DNA of 64,000 bases from a virus, in the IMG/VR virus record IMGVR_UViG_3300037882_000456, positions 7,882 to 71,881 of that record. One strand, given 5' to 3'. Positions 38,054 to 47,557 of this stretch are shown here, in pieces (position 1 is the stretch's first letter; every line of letters begins with the position of its first letter). The notes under the pieces are model-generated. The model was not told the DNA's origin and made no database searches. It saw only the letters and a program-made list of their open reading frames with translations. The position numbers and the translations under genes were made by a program.

Positions 38054-40066
38054 ATGAAGCCCACCGCCTCATCCGTACTGAACACCGGCAATCTCGGTGG
38101 ACCCAGTAAGACCATGACCATCATGCGTGACGCTATGGCGCACATTATGAGCGTTCTGACGAACCTCTACTCCGATGCGAAGTTGGCCGTGCTGCGCGAG
38201 TACGCGACGAACGCGCTTGACGCTCACCGCGAGGCTGGCGTCACCCGTCCCATCACAATCGTTCTGCCCTCTGACTACAAGCCTACCCTTGTGATTGAGG
38301 ATTACGGTGTGGGTATGTCCACCGATGAAATCCTCAACCTCTACTCGTCCTATGGCGCAAGCACGAAGCGCGACACGAATGAGCAGACTGGTATGCTCGG
38401 TCTAGGTTCTAAGTCTGCCCTTGCTTACTCGTCTCAGTTCACCGTGCGCTCGCGCAAGGGTGGCGTGGAAACCTCTGCCCTGATCTACCTGAATGACCGT
38501 GGCGAGGGTGAAATCAAGATCGTGGACACGAAGGCCACGAATGAGACTGGCACGCGCATCGAAATCCCTGTGACTCCGAAGGACATTGGCGCGTTCTCTA
38601 AGGCTGCTCGCGGTCTGTTCGTGTTCTGGAATCCCGCTGATGTTGAGGTCAAGGGAACCGACCAGTCTTTCGGTCGCACCGAGAAGTCGTGGGAGTGGGT
38701 CACCGATAGCATCGCTCTCGCCCCGCGTGGTCTGAACAACGATCCGGCAGTTTATCGCTACCGCTACGATCCTGCCGATGTGTACGTTGTCATGGGTGGC
38801 GTGCCGTACAAGGTGGACAAGGATCGCCTGTCGGACGATGCGAAGAAGGCTTACGCTGGCCTCCCGCTGGAACACCACGACGTTGTGTTCATCGCTCCCA
38901 TCGGTTCGGTCCAGTTCGTTCCGTCTCGTGAGGCTCTGTATTACACGAACGTCACGAACGCCACGCTGGAAACCCTGTTCACGGATTACGTCACCAGCAT
39001 CGGTGCGTACATCACGAATCAGGTCGCGGCCTCTAAGGATCGCCCCGAGGCTCTGCGAACGTATGACAAGTTCCGCAAGTTGGTTCCGACTGGTGCGCCT
39101 GTGACGTATCAGGGTGCCGTGGTCCCGTCAAGCGTTCCCTGTGCCTGTTTCTCTGCCTCCACCGCGAAGCGAACGGCTGGCAGTTCTCACAAGGCTCTGC
39201 CGCTGCTGGAAAATGTCGAAGCGATGGACCTCGTGATCTATGGCGCAACGTCAAGTCAGTTGGGCGACAAGGGTGCGTATGCTCTGCGCGTCTCTGCCGC
39301 AGGCTACCTGACTGGTGCCTACGCTCTGTCGGATCGCTACTACGGAGCAAATGCTGGCAAGACTAAGAGCATCCTCATTATTGAGGGCGACCTGCCTGAC
39401 GGCTGGGACTGGTACAATGTCAAGTCTGTCAAGGCATCTGACCTGCGTGCGAAGGGCAGCCGTGGTTCTGGCAGCACTTCCCAGGCTAAGACTGAGTACC
39501 AGGAACGTACCTGGGAAAAGGTCGGCGCATCGTGGGGATCGGTCGTCAAGGTTGATCCTGCCGATGACAAGGTTGTGTATGTCGATGCTCAGGGTCGGTA
39601 CGCGATCAACGGCAGCGACATTCCCCAGGGCTGGACTGTGGTTATGGTCCCTGGAAATCAGCACGGTCGGTTCGCTCGTGAGTTCCCTCTTGCTCGCACT
39701 CCTGAGCAGGTTCGCAAGGAAGCCATGCTCAACAACAAGGTTGTGCTGGACGAAGAATCTTCGACCTACCTTGCCTCTGCTCCGTTCTACCGTCCCGTCA
39801 ATCAGACTAGCAAACTGCTTGACCCTGACCTTGTGACTGTGCTAGACTGGAAGCAAGGAAAGAAGCCCGCGCTCGTCGTCAAGATGGAGAAGGTCAATGC
39901 GGATTACGCTTGGCTCAAACTCCGTGCCGATGTTGAGCAGGCAAAGACTCCGACTCTGGATCGTGTGACCAAGAAGTACGGTTCATACCGTGGCCTTGAT
40001 AGCAACGTCCTGATCGACACCCTCAACGCGATCTACACCTACAAGTACCTGGGAGGTACACCTTGA
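38054..40066 (+). CDS. rIIA: RIIA-like protein (GHKL/HSP90-type ATPase)
   Basis: 'LYSD...VLREY..NA.DAH', 'D.G.G', 'YGASTK', 'GLGSKS', 'PSRE.L.Y'. Confidence 0.85.
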   Translation: MKPTASSVLNTGNLGGPSKTMTIMRDAMAHIMSVLTNLYSDAKLAVLREYATNALDAHREAGVTRPITIVLPSDYKPTLVIEDYGVGMSTDEILNLYSSYGASTKRDTNEQTGMLGLGSKSALAYSSQFTVRSRKGGVETSALIYLNDRGEGEIKIVDTKATNETGTRIEIPVTPKDIGAFSKAARGLFVFWNPADVEVKGTDQSFGRTEKSWEWVTDSIALAPRGLNNDPAVYRYRYDPADVYVVMGGVPYKVDKDRLSDDAKKAYAGLPLEHHDVVFIAPIGSVQFVPSREALYYTNVTNATLETLFTDYVTSIGAYITNQVAASKDRPEALRTYDKFRKLVPTGAPVTYQGAVVPSSVPCACFSASTAKRTAGSSHKALPLLENVEAMDLVIYGATSSQLGDKGAYALRVSAAGYLTGAYALSDRYYGANAGKTKSILIIEGDLPDGWDWYNVKSVKASDLRAKGSRGSGSTSQAKTEYQERTWEKVGASWGSVVKVDPADDKVVYVDAQGRYAINGSDIPQGWTVVMVPGNQHGRFAREFPLARTPEQVRKEAMLNNKVVLDEESSTYLASAPFYRPVNQTSKLLDPDLVTVLDWKQGKKPALVVKMEKVNADYAWLKLRADVEQAKTPTLDRVTKKYGSYRGLDSNVLIDTLNAIYTYKYLGGTP

Positions 40067-40911
40067 CCGCCATTCAGTTCCAGATGACGCAGGCCGCAGA
40101 AGGTCAGCGAACCGTCACCTTCGTCGGTGAGGATGGACAGTTTCATTCCATCAACTCCGATACCGTGGGCTTCGATGAGACGCTAAATGCCATTCTCATC
40201 AACGACCTGCCTACTGCCACCGCCGCTGCTGTGCCGCTTGGCACTATCGTGGCTCGCCTCGCCGCTGTCTCGTCTGACTTCGGCACCGATGGTGACGTTG
40301 TGACTCGTCATGGCGTCCCGCTGGCTACTCGCCTGTCGAAGATGTTGCTGGGCTATGCTCGCAACGGCTCCGATGCTCTCACGGCTCTGTGCCTGTTCAT
40401 CGCTCGCCTTGACAACAACCCGTCGAAGCGTTCGGTGGAGAACCTGTACGACTGGATCGAGGCTAACGGTCTGACGATCAACGCCGAGGGCCACATCGTT
40501 GCCTACAAGGGCGTGACCAACGATAGCAAGTCGGTTCACTCTGGCGTGGCTTTCGTGAATGGCACGAAGGTCGAAGGTCAAATCCCGAACGCGGTCGGTG
40601 ACGTTATCACGATGCCTCGCAATCAGGTTCAGGATGACCCGTCCATCGGCTGTCACCAGGGGCTTCACGTTGGCTCGCACGGCTACGCTTCGTCCTTCGG
40701 GCGTCGCCTCCTGACGGTCACCATTGACCCGCAGGATGTTGTGTCGGTCCCGACTGACTGTGGCGCTGCGAAGATGCGCGTCTGCCGCTACACCGTTCGT
40801 GCGATCAACGAGGCTAAGGCTGAGTACGCGCACTACACCGTGGTCGATGACTACGACGAGTACGGTAGCGATGACTACTGCGACTGTCCTAACTGCGACG
40901 GCGATCACTGA
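40063..40911 (+). CDS. rIIB: RIIB-like protein
   Basis: 'NPS...V..LY', 'G...AYK.V', 'N.VG....M.R..V.DD....C..GLHVG...YA', 'DVVSVP.D....KMR.C.Y'. Confidence 0.88.
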   Translation: MTAIQFQMTQAAEGQRTVTFVGEDGQFHSINSDTVGFDETLNAILINDLPTATAAAVPLGTIVARLAAVSSDFGTDGDVVTRHGVPLATRLSKMLLGYARNGSDALTALCLFIARLDNNPSKRSVENLYDWIEANGLTINAEGHIVAYKGVTNDSKSVHSGVAFVNGTKVEGQIPNAVGDVITMPRNQVQDDPSIGCHQGLHVGSHGYASSFGRRLLTVTIDPQDVVSVPTDCGAAKMRVCRYTVRAINEAKAEYAHYTVVDDYDEYGSDDYCDCPNCDGDH

Positions 40912-41134
40912 GGGTGGTGATGGGGTAGGGAGTGGTGTCCCTGCCCCGCCTGCTCCCCTCCCCTTCGGGGGAGGGAGAGCGGGCAAGATCTTGCCCGCCA
41001 AAGGCGGGCTGTCAAGGTCTTTACGATGATCAAAGAAATTCACGGGAATTGCTCTAAAACACTTGACGTTATCCCGATATTCTGATACACTTCTGCCATA
41101 ACGAGAAACCACCACCTCTCCCGCAGGAGGAACC

Positions 41135-41479
41135 ATGCTTCACACCTACACCGTGCGCCGCACCTCAGGCTGCCAGGGCCTTGTCGATGTGACCGTTCGA
41201 GTCGCCAATGGTGACATTAAGGTTCTACAGAATGTGGTTGCAGTCTACCACAAGAATGATGGAACCATCACTGTTCAGACAAACCCAGGTTCGTATGATT
41301 ACTGGGACCGGAGCACGAACGTTATTCGCAATATCCGTATCGTGCTCGATGTATCCACTGCCGCTAGCCTCGTGCTCGGTGGCTGGGTTCCGAACAAGGA
41401 TCAGAAGTTGGCTCGTGCGTCTGCGCTTGCCCTCGAAATCCTTGCAGATTCCGCTGCACATCGTGGAGTTGAGGCCTAA
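41135..41479 (+). CDS. Hypothetical protein
   Basis: Own promoter, AGGAGG RBS. Confidence 0.65.
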   Translation: MLHTYTVRRTSGCQGLVDVTVRVANGDIKVLQNVVAVYHKNDGTITVQTNPGSYDYWDRSTNVIRNIRIVLDVSTAASLVLGGWVPNKDQKLARASALALEILADSAAHRGVEA

Positions 41480-41545
41480 AACACCTTGACATATCGATGA
41501 AATTCCTGTACACTAGTGCTACACCCCAACAAGAGGAGACATACC

Positions 41546-41692
41546 ATGGCTACCAAGACCATCACCCGCAAGACCCGCGTCAAGGTCAACTCGAAGATCG
41601 AGGCCTGGGACACCCGCTTCGGTGCTTCCGCCCGCGTCGTGACGCGAACGACTGACGGCAAGTTCGTCACGAACGTTTCGCTCGGCAAGTAA
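41546..41692 (+). CDS. 48-aa basic protein (not in ORF track)
   Basis: Own promoter, GAGGAG RBS, MATKTITRKTRVKV... Confidence 0.6.
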   Translation: MATKTITRKTRVKVNSKIEAWDTRFGASARVVTRTTDGKFVTNVSLGK

Positions 41693-41737
41693 CACCAGAT
41701 CTACCAACACACCCGCATTCACCCTTAGGAGAAAACC

Positions 41738-41950
41738 ATGATCAGTTCCACTGAAATCCGTACCTGGGCCAACAGCAACGATGTCCCGGTGGGCTCGCGT
41801 GGCCGTCTCGGTCCCGTCGTGAAGGGTGCCTACTTCAAGGCCAACCCCGCCATCGCGCGTGAGGTTGCTAGCGAGGCTGGCATCGAGGTCGGTCATCGGG
41901 GACGCATCAAGGACGAGACAATCGCCCTGATCGCAAACGTCCTCCCGTAA
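41738..41950 (+). CDS. lsr2: Lsr2-like DNA-binding protein (tandem RGR AT-hooks)
   Basis: 'IRTWA..N..PV..RGRL' and 'GIEV..RGRI'. Confidence 0.8.
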   Translation: MISSTEIRTWANSNDVPVGSRGRLGPVVKGAYFKANPAIAREVASEAGIEVGHRGRIKDETIALIANVLP

Positions 41951-42024
41951 GGGATTAACGCCACGGGGTGGGTACCTTGACAGGTGCCCACCCTATGTGG
42001 TACACTTTCCTTCGGAGGCCAACC

Positions 42025-42273
42025 ATGACAGAAATCCACGCAAACAGCAAGAAGGTGGCAGACAAGATCGTGAAGGCGCTAGACGTTCTCTCGTTCTCAC
42101 CCGCTATCGCAGCACAGGTTCTCGCTTCCGCACCAGGGCCGGTACAGCACAGGCTTTGGCTCACAGTGAAGGCTTTGATCCATCTGTGGGCCATTGACGC
42201 AAAGCACCGGACCTACGATCCAGAGTATCAGCAAATCCACGATTGGGCAGAAAGGGCAGACGACAATGGCTAA
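42025..42273 (+). CDS. Hypothetical protein
   Basis: GGAGG RBS, own promoter. Confidence 0.6.
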   Translation: MTEIHANSKKVADKIVKALDVLSFSPAIAAQVLASAPGPVQHRLWLTVKALIHLWAIDAKHRTYDPEYQQIHDWAERADDNG

Positions 42274-42511
42274 GGTCACACCAGCAGAGGCCGATGAGTA
42301 CCTGCGCGACGTTGGCACAGTCTACGTCCCGCAGATGGACGATGCCGAGTGGGTCAAGGTTATCGGGTTCCTACTGGCATCCGGTTTCATCGCTGACGCT
42401 GACTACTCCACCGACGTAGGCCAGACAATGCTCCAAATCGTGGGCGATGTGAACGCTGATTATCAGGCGTGGAAGGCTGACAACTACACAGAATCAGGAG
42501 AAGATGCCTAA
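42266..42511 (+). CDS. Acidic hypothetical protein
   Basis: Start MAKVTP. Confidence 0.55.
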   Translation: MAKVTPAEADEYLRDVGTVYVPQMDDAEWVKVIGFLLASGFIADADYSTDVGQTMLQIVGDVNADYQAWKADNYTESGEDA

Positions 42512-42595
42512 GGGCTCTTCAAGTTCGTTGCAGGAGGGTCTTGACAGGCCCGCCTGCGGCGGGCAAGATCCTACCCGAGATGTCAAGTGAAAATC

Positions 42596-42680
42596 CCTTT
42601 ACGATCCGACTTAGAAAAGTCACGGGAACTTTTCATAGATCTACCTTTACGATCCGACTTCAAAATCTCACGGGAGTTTG
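42596..42680. repeat. Tandem direct repeat CCTTTACGATCCGACTT...TCACGGGA
   Basis: Two copies about 47 bp apart. Confidence 0.8.
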
Positions 42681-43143
42681 TATGAAACCTCTAAGTGAAT
42701 GGCCTACTAGATCTAAGATTACCTTCACTACAGTGTATTTAATCAGTTTGTTAAACGCGGTGTTCTCAGGACACGGTGTACTATCCTTCTTATCTCCTAT
42801 TGCTATGTTACTAATAGTCTCTATAGGTCCAATGATATCTTCTTTGTATGATTCCTACAAAGAGGCAAGAGGTAATGATTTAGAGCGTGCAATAAGGAGA
42901 TATCATGGTGGCACCGGCCCCAGATGACGCTAAAATGCCCTAATGGAGGGCTAGTGGAGGGAAACATCTAAAAAAGAGGCCATAAATGGTGAGTTTTCCC
43001 TGTTAACATCGGGAAAAAACAGCCAAAGTGGAGGGAATGCCCTAGAAGCAGTCAGTTTCTAGGGTTATTTCATGCCCAGAATCTTCTGAAAATGCCTTGA
43101 CAGGCGGGTATATATATGCTACCAAAACACATCTACTCTTGGG

Positions 43144-43163
43144 TTATCCACAGTTTATCCACA
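43144..43163. promoter_or_regulatory. Two direct perfect DnaA boxes in AT-rich convergent junction
   Basis: TTATCCACA at 43144 and 43155. Confidence 0.65.
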
Positions 43164-43332
43164 GGTTTTCATTCTTGTTAGGTTTTCTTTGTAGGAAACC
43201 TACAAATTTCCTCTGATTTACTGTCTGAATCCTACAATATCTGCCATATATAGTCGCATAGACGACCTATTACAAGATCTGCTGATGCTACGCATAACCT
43301 GATCATATCAACGGTTCATGCATAGGTTACTC

Positions 43333-43908
43333 TTACTTAGAAGGTCTAGACCATTCTGAGAAGAGGGCTACACTCACCGCCGCTAAAGATACGAACGTGA
43401 TGTTCACAATAGGGATACCCTCACCTACAATGTTAAGGTAGAACAACTGGTATAGATATACCATGAACAAGAACAACGCCGCCCTGCGCTTTCTTGCACG
43501 CCTCTTGGTGAACAGAGCATAGAATGAATACGTTGCTACTCCTAGACCAATAAGGATTAGTACACTGAGTAATGGAGTAGGGACTACAGACTCGATTGCC
43601 ACCGCCCCGGCGATTGTCCTGATAAGGAAGTAGGACGACACGAGAAACATAGTCGTGGTGATGATGCCCTGGATGTGCCAGAAAGCATTCTCGGTTCTGA
43701 ATGTATTAGAGGCACGACGATACCAAGTCTCGTCGGCCTTAGCCTTCTTATACAACTGCTCTAAAATCTCCTGGCCTGAATCTTCCATCTCGTGGACCAG
43801 CAGAGAATCCAGCAGATTTTCCTCAACGGAAACGACAGCAGTTTTTTCCAGATTCGGCTTTGTCAGCAGATATCCGGTAGCAGTTTTTCTGATACCAATT
43901 GTTGGCAC
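43333..43908 (-). CDS. Multi-pass membrane protein
   Basis: Four TM-like segments. Confidence 0.65.
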   Translation of the reverse strand: MPTIGIRKTATGYLLTKPNLEKTAVVSVEENLLDSLLVHEMEDSGQEILEQLYKKAKADETWYRRASNTFRTENAFWHIQGIITTTMFLVSSYFLIRTIAGAVAIESVVPTPLLSVLILIGLGVATYSFYALFTKRRARKRRAALFLFMVYLYQLFYLNIVGEGIPIVNITFVSLAAVSVALFSEWSRPSK

Positions 43909-44196
43909 TATTTTTCACCACTCCCGGCAGACGTCATTTCTTCAATCTTGGTTAGAGCAGCGAGGTACTTGACACGGAGAGAATCAATCTCTTCCCTCAA
44001 CTCACGAGCCTCGTCCTTTAGTTCCTTATTCTCCTCGCGCAGTTCACCTCTAAGTTCGGTGCCATAGTCACGCTTCTCCTTAGACCTCTGTAGCCAGTTG
44101 TTAGCAGTGGTTAGACCCACACCGCCGAACACCGCGCCTAGCAGTGAAAAGAGTGGGGCATATTCTTGGAAAATGCTTGGTTCAGGAGCGGCCATC
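43908..44196 (-). CDS. Single-TM coiled-coil protein
   Basis: Likely start near MAAPEP; 'ELREENKELKDEARELREEID'. Confidence 0.55.
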
Positions 44197-44640
44197 GTTA
44201 TACCACCAACTGTTTGAGACGTAGGCTGTGCCCATGATAAGGGAATACACAACGGGCTGGATCCAAAGGTAGTCTGAGAACGTACCGAAGATGATAGACA
44301 GCCAAACGATGTAGAAGAATAGGATTGCTAGCGTAAAGTCAGCACGCACACGATATTTCAGGTATTTTCTCGGAGCATTTTTTCTCGGGAAGCAGAAAAG
44401 GATCACAAGTGCCGCCACAATGCTCACCAGACGTAGCCAGAAAGACGCTGTGAACGGTCCTACGCCCGTAAGAAATGTTTCTAGTCCTTCTCCTATGCCA
44501 TTTCCGTTAAAGCCGTCTGTGCCGTTGTCAAGGAGCGGCTTACCTGATAGGTACAGGACGTTGATGGCAAGGACGGCTTCGATTGTCCACAGGGTAAACT
44601 TGGATCTGTTATTCATGGTCGGCATATTGCTTTCCCTCAT
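44182..44640 (-). CDS. Multi-pass membrane protein
   Basis: Four hydrophobic segments. Confidence 0.65.
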   Translation of the reverse strand: MRESNMPTMNNRSKFTLWTIEAVLAINVLYLSGKPLLDNGTDGFNGNGIGEGLETFLTGVGPFTASFWLRLVSIVAALVILFCFPRKNAPRKYLKYRVRADFTLAILFFYIVWLSIIFGTFSDYLWIQPVVYSLIMGTAYVSNSWWYNDGRS

Positions 44641-45055
44641 ATACTGCTAAGATTACTGCGATCAAGGCCAGGGTTCCTGTGTAGAACCACTGAGCGTCTG
44701 AGATCACTGCGATAACAAAGTAATAGACGGCCATGCAGGAGAAAAGAACCGTCAAGGCAATCACCGAAGGAGAAGAATATGGAGCCACATGACCGAAACG
44801 CTTGTTCTGTGTTAGCACTTCTCTAATGGTTAAGGTCACAAGCGCACCGGAGATCAAAATGCCTAGGCTGATGGCGATTCTAGCAAACGTTGGGTTAGTT
44901 GAGATTGGAGTGTTTAATGTCACAGCCACCGCCGCTGGTACACCCAAAAGAGGGGACGCGTCAGGTGCGATAAACAACTTTAGCAGGCCATACACCAAAG
45001 CCACTGTCGCCACGATCAGGCGTACAGTGACTAAGGCGAGGCGCTGAGTAATCAT
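44609..45055 (-). CDS. Multi-pass membrane protein
   Basis: Leaderless TATAAT-N6-ATG; four hydrophobic segments. Confidence 0.65.
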   Translation of the reverse strand: MITQRLALVTVRLIVATVALVYGLLKLFIAPDASPLLGVPAAVAVTLNTPISTNPTFARIAISLGILISGALVTLTIREVLTQNKRFGHVAPYSSPSVIALTVLFSCMAVYYFVIAVISDAQWFYTGTLALIAVILAVYEGKQYADHE

Positions 45056-45075
45056 ATACCCATTATAACACTAGA

Positions 45076-45318
45076 TCAGTTAGACTTAAGGATATCCGAG
45101 GCCACGATAGAGTCCCCTTCATACAGGTGACCAGTGATGAACGGAGTGGCATCTCTCACCTTGCCCGAGCGTGCAGCAAGGATGATCAGGTGCCTCGGCT
45201 CGTGCCCCTTACGGATACAAGTCTTGCACATTAGAATCTTCATGGAAGGGATAAGTGCAGAGTTACGACCATGAACCTCGTACTTCTGCTTCCTGCAATT
45301 AGCGCAAACGCCCTTCAC
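45076..45318 (-). CDS. Zn-finger hypothetical protein
   Basis: CANC...CKTC...EPR. Confidence 0.6.
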   Translation of the reverse strand: MKGVCANCRKQKYEVHGRNSALIPSMKILMCKTCIRKGHEPRHLIILAARSGKVRDATPFITGHLYEGDSIVASDILKSN

Positions 45319-45518
45319 TGGTGTTCCTCTCGTTCAATCGGGATGTGGATTTCTTTAAGTGGGATGATATCTTCGATATCAAATAGTTCTTCGTATTGGA
45401 CTCCGTGCTTTTCGTACAGAACGGTCACGGAATAGGCTTGCTCTGCTATGATTTGACCAGTGAGTTGCTCATCAGGAATCCAGCAGAATTGAACATAGAC
45501 ACCATCTTCATCGATCAT
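45315..45518 (-). CDS. Hypothetical protein
   Basis: Coupled ORF. Confidence 0.55.
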   Translation of the reverse strand: MIDEDGVYVQFCWIPDEQLTGQIIAEQAYSVTVLYEKHGVQYEELFDIEDIIPLKEIHIPIEREEHQ

Positions 45519-45865
45519 CTCTTGGGTGGCGAGCCCAGCACCTTTTCTAGAGAGCAGGAGACGCCATAACCCCTGAGAATGCTCTGCATGAGATTCATTC
45601 GGTCGATAACCTTCATCTTATCGGGAAGGTCAAGTGGTGCGATCTGATCAAGGTAAACTCTGATTCCAATGTGCTGCATTTCAGGCATTTCAATAAGGTC
45701 GATTGTCACCGGCACCTTTAAGCCGATGGGACCAAGGTTGTGAATCGCTCTGCGTGCTGCAATAGGAACATTGACGGTACTAGCAAAGGGATTCAATGTT
45801 ATCTCTCCAAACCTTCCAGTCGTCCTCGGACTTATGCTTATTAAGTTTACCATCGATTGAGCCAT
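45515..45865 (-). CDS. Hypothetical protein (true start probably downstream)
   Basis: Overlaps whiB 3' end. Confidence 0.45.
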   Translation of the reverse strand: MAQSMVNLISISPRTTGRFGEITLNPFASTVNVPIAARRAIHNLGPIGLKVPVTIDLIEMPEMQHIGIRVYLDQIAPLDLPDKMKVIDRMNLMQSILRGYGVSCSLEKVLGSPPKR

Positions 45866-46121
45866 CTGTCAAATAGACACCGCCCCACACGCCCCACCGC
45901 TTCTCTTTAACCCCAACCTCGTGACAGTCAAGATTCACAGGGCAGGAGAGGCAAACCTGATCAACCGCTGAGGCTGTCACAGAATCACTGTATGTCAGCG
46001 AGCCCTCAGGAGCGTCCGTGTCGTCAAAGAAAAGGTTCGGGTCCATCCGATTGCACGAGGCCATCGCTTCCCAACGAAGATCGTCAGGGTCAATCCCTAG
46101 TTCATCTAGAATTGACGACAT
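45780..46121 (-). CDS. whiB: WhiB-family transcription factor
   Basis: 'W..MASC..MDPNLFF...CLSCPV..DC...GVWGG'. Confidence 0.9.
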   Translation of the reverse strand: MSSILDELGIDPDDLRWEAMASCNRMDPNLFFDDTDAPEGSLTYSDSVTASAVDQVCLSCPVNLDCHEVGVKEKRWGVWGGVYLTDGSIDGKLNKHKSEDDWKVWRDNIESLC

Positions 46122-46332
46122 TTACATCCCTGTCATCAAAGATCCATCTGCCCTGAGTGTCACACGAGACGCGCTTCTGTGTATGCCAGAAGCCATCAAC
46201 CTGAACACCGGCCTTCTTCATCCACCCAGCATAATCCTTACGAGTGATGAGAACGTCCCAGCCCTCAAAGGCCATGTTGGGCTGCTTCTCAACGAATTGA
46301 TCAATCTCATCATAGATTACGAAGTGAGACAT
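46102..46332 (-). CDS. Hypothetical protein
   Basis: 76 aa ORF in operon. Confidence 0.55.
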   Translation of the reverse strand: MSHFVIYDEIDQFVEKQPNMAFEGWDVLITRKDYAGWMKKAGVQVDGFWHTQKRVSCDTQGRWIFDDRDVNVVNSR

Positions 46333-46333
46333 C

Positions 46334-46666
46334 TTAATACTCCAATACAGTTAACTTGCGATTCGCCTTGGCCTCTTTGACCTTGGCCTTGTATGGGTAA
46401 TAGGATAGCGGGTTAATAGCAACCACTGTGGTGATGTCCCTCAGAACAGAATCCTTGCGCCTCACAACAACGCGGTACAAGGTCGTGTATTCATTTGTGA
46501 TATCTGCCAACTGGTATAGTTGATCGGTCAAACGCTTATTGTCATAGGCAGCGACGAACACCCTGCCCACTTCATCGCGTCGTTCGCCTTCGATAGCGAC
46601 CATAAACGCGCGAGTGAGCAGGGTGAAGTCGTTAAACGACCGATCCGCTACAAAAAGAATGCTCAT
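46334..46666 (-). CDS. Hypothetical protein (degenerate SLOG-like)
   Basis: N-terminal 'RSFNDF'. Confidence 0.5.
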   Translation of the reverse strand: MSILFVADRSFNDFTLLTRAFMVAIEGERRDEVGRVFVAAYDNKRLTDQLYQLADITNEYTTLYRVVVRRKDSVLRDITTVVAINPLSYYPYKAKVKEAKANRKLTVLEY

Positions 46667-46863
46667 GTATCTATTCTACCTTCCCAATGAGCGAATTGTC
46701 AAGCGAAAATGCACTATCACGCCCAATTAGTGCATAACGTGACTCACAATCCTCACTTCCACAGAGCGACAGTATGATTAGCGTTCCATCACCAGTGTCA
46801 GCAAGAACCTCAAACTTCCATTTGTTGCGCTTGCAGATATCACACTTATCCACAGGGCACCTC

Positions 46864-47376
46864 CTAGTATTCGATATAGCGTGTGGTTCTAGGCATTACG
46901 CCTGGGCCACCACACATCCAGCACCAACTGTGAGCATCGTGCCCACACTCATCTGCTGACCTTCTGGCCCACCAGGGCCACTTCTGAGGACCAGCCTCGT
47001 GACCACAGACAGGACAGAAGCAGTCCTTTTGCAGCATTCTACCGTTCATACACGTTTCGCAAACCTGCTCGCGCTCTGCCTTGGGAACCTTCGGCCTACG
47101 GCTGTTAGCCTTAGGCTCTAGCGTACCGTCTGGAAGAAAAAGCCTGTTGTCCTTCTCCTGGTTGCAGGGAAAGTGCGCCAACTTGTAGTTATCAACGTGG
47201 TCAAGACCACCGCGAGAGCGGGGCAAAACGTGGTCAATTGTGTAATCTGAGTAGTCATCCTCGGAGTCCCTCTCGAAAGGTTCAGGACAGAGATAGCAAA
47301 AGTCGCCATCCCTTTCAACAAGGAACTGAACAACTTGGACTCTCGTAGTCAGCAGGCTAGTTTGATCTAACAACAT
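46864..47376 (-). CDS. HNH endonuclease
   Basis: 'RDG..CYLC', 'TIDHVLPRSRGG', 'N...AH..CN..K.N'. Confidence 0.9.
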   Translation of the reverse strand: MLLDQTSLLTTRVQVVQFLVERDGDFCYLCPEPFERDSEDDYSDYTIDHVLPRSRGGLDHVDNYKLAHFPCNQEKDNRLFLPDGTLEPKANSRRPKVPKAEREQVCETCMNGRMLQKDCFCPVCGHEAGPQKWPWWARRSADECGHDAHSWCWMCGGPGVMPRTTRYIEY

Positions 47377-47557
47377 GATCTAGCCTTTCTACTTGGGAGT
47401 TAGGGTAAACTCCTTGCCAATGGATTCGATAACTGCAAGTGCCTCTTCGGTTGTTTCAATGTCTGCGGCGAGGTTGATCAAAAGAATGGTGCCGCCATCC
47501 TCGTCAAGACTGAATGATGCGTCTAGCAGGGTAAACATTGATTCTCCTTATAGGTTA

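Larger units (their letters stand above)
29545..42577. repeat. 13 dispersed copies of a 17-18 bp palindrome CGGGCA(AGATCT)TGCCCG
   Basis: Starts at 29545, 30294, 31581, 31884, 32239, 33210, 34029, 35183, 36259, 37446, 37914, 40980, 42560; all between genes. Confidence 0.95.

Noticed and set aside
29545-42577. Palindrome series as a CRISPR array, integron attC array or SOS boxes
   Set aside because: Spacing is 0.3-3 kb with genes between copies; no cas or integrase gene in the window; no RYYYAAC/GTTRRRY ends; does not match the actinobacterial LexA box TCGAAC-N4-GTTCGA.
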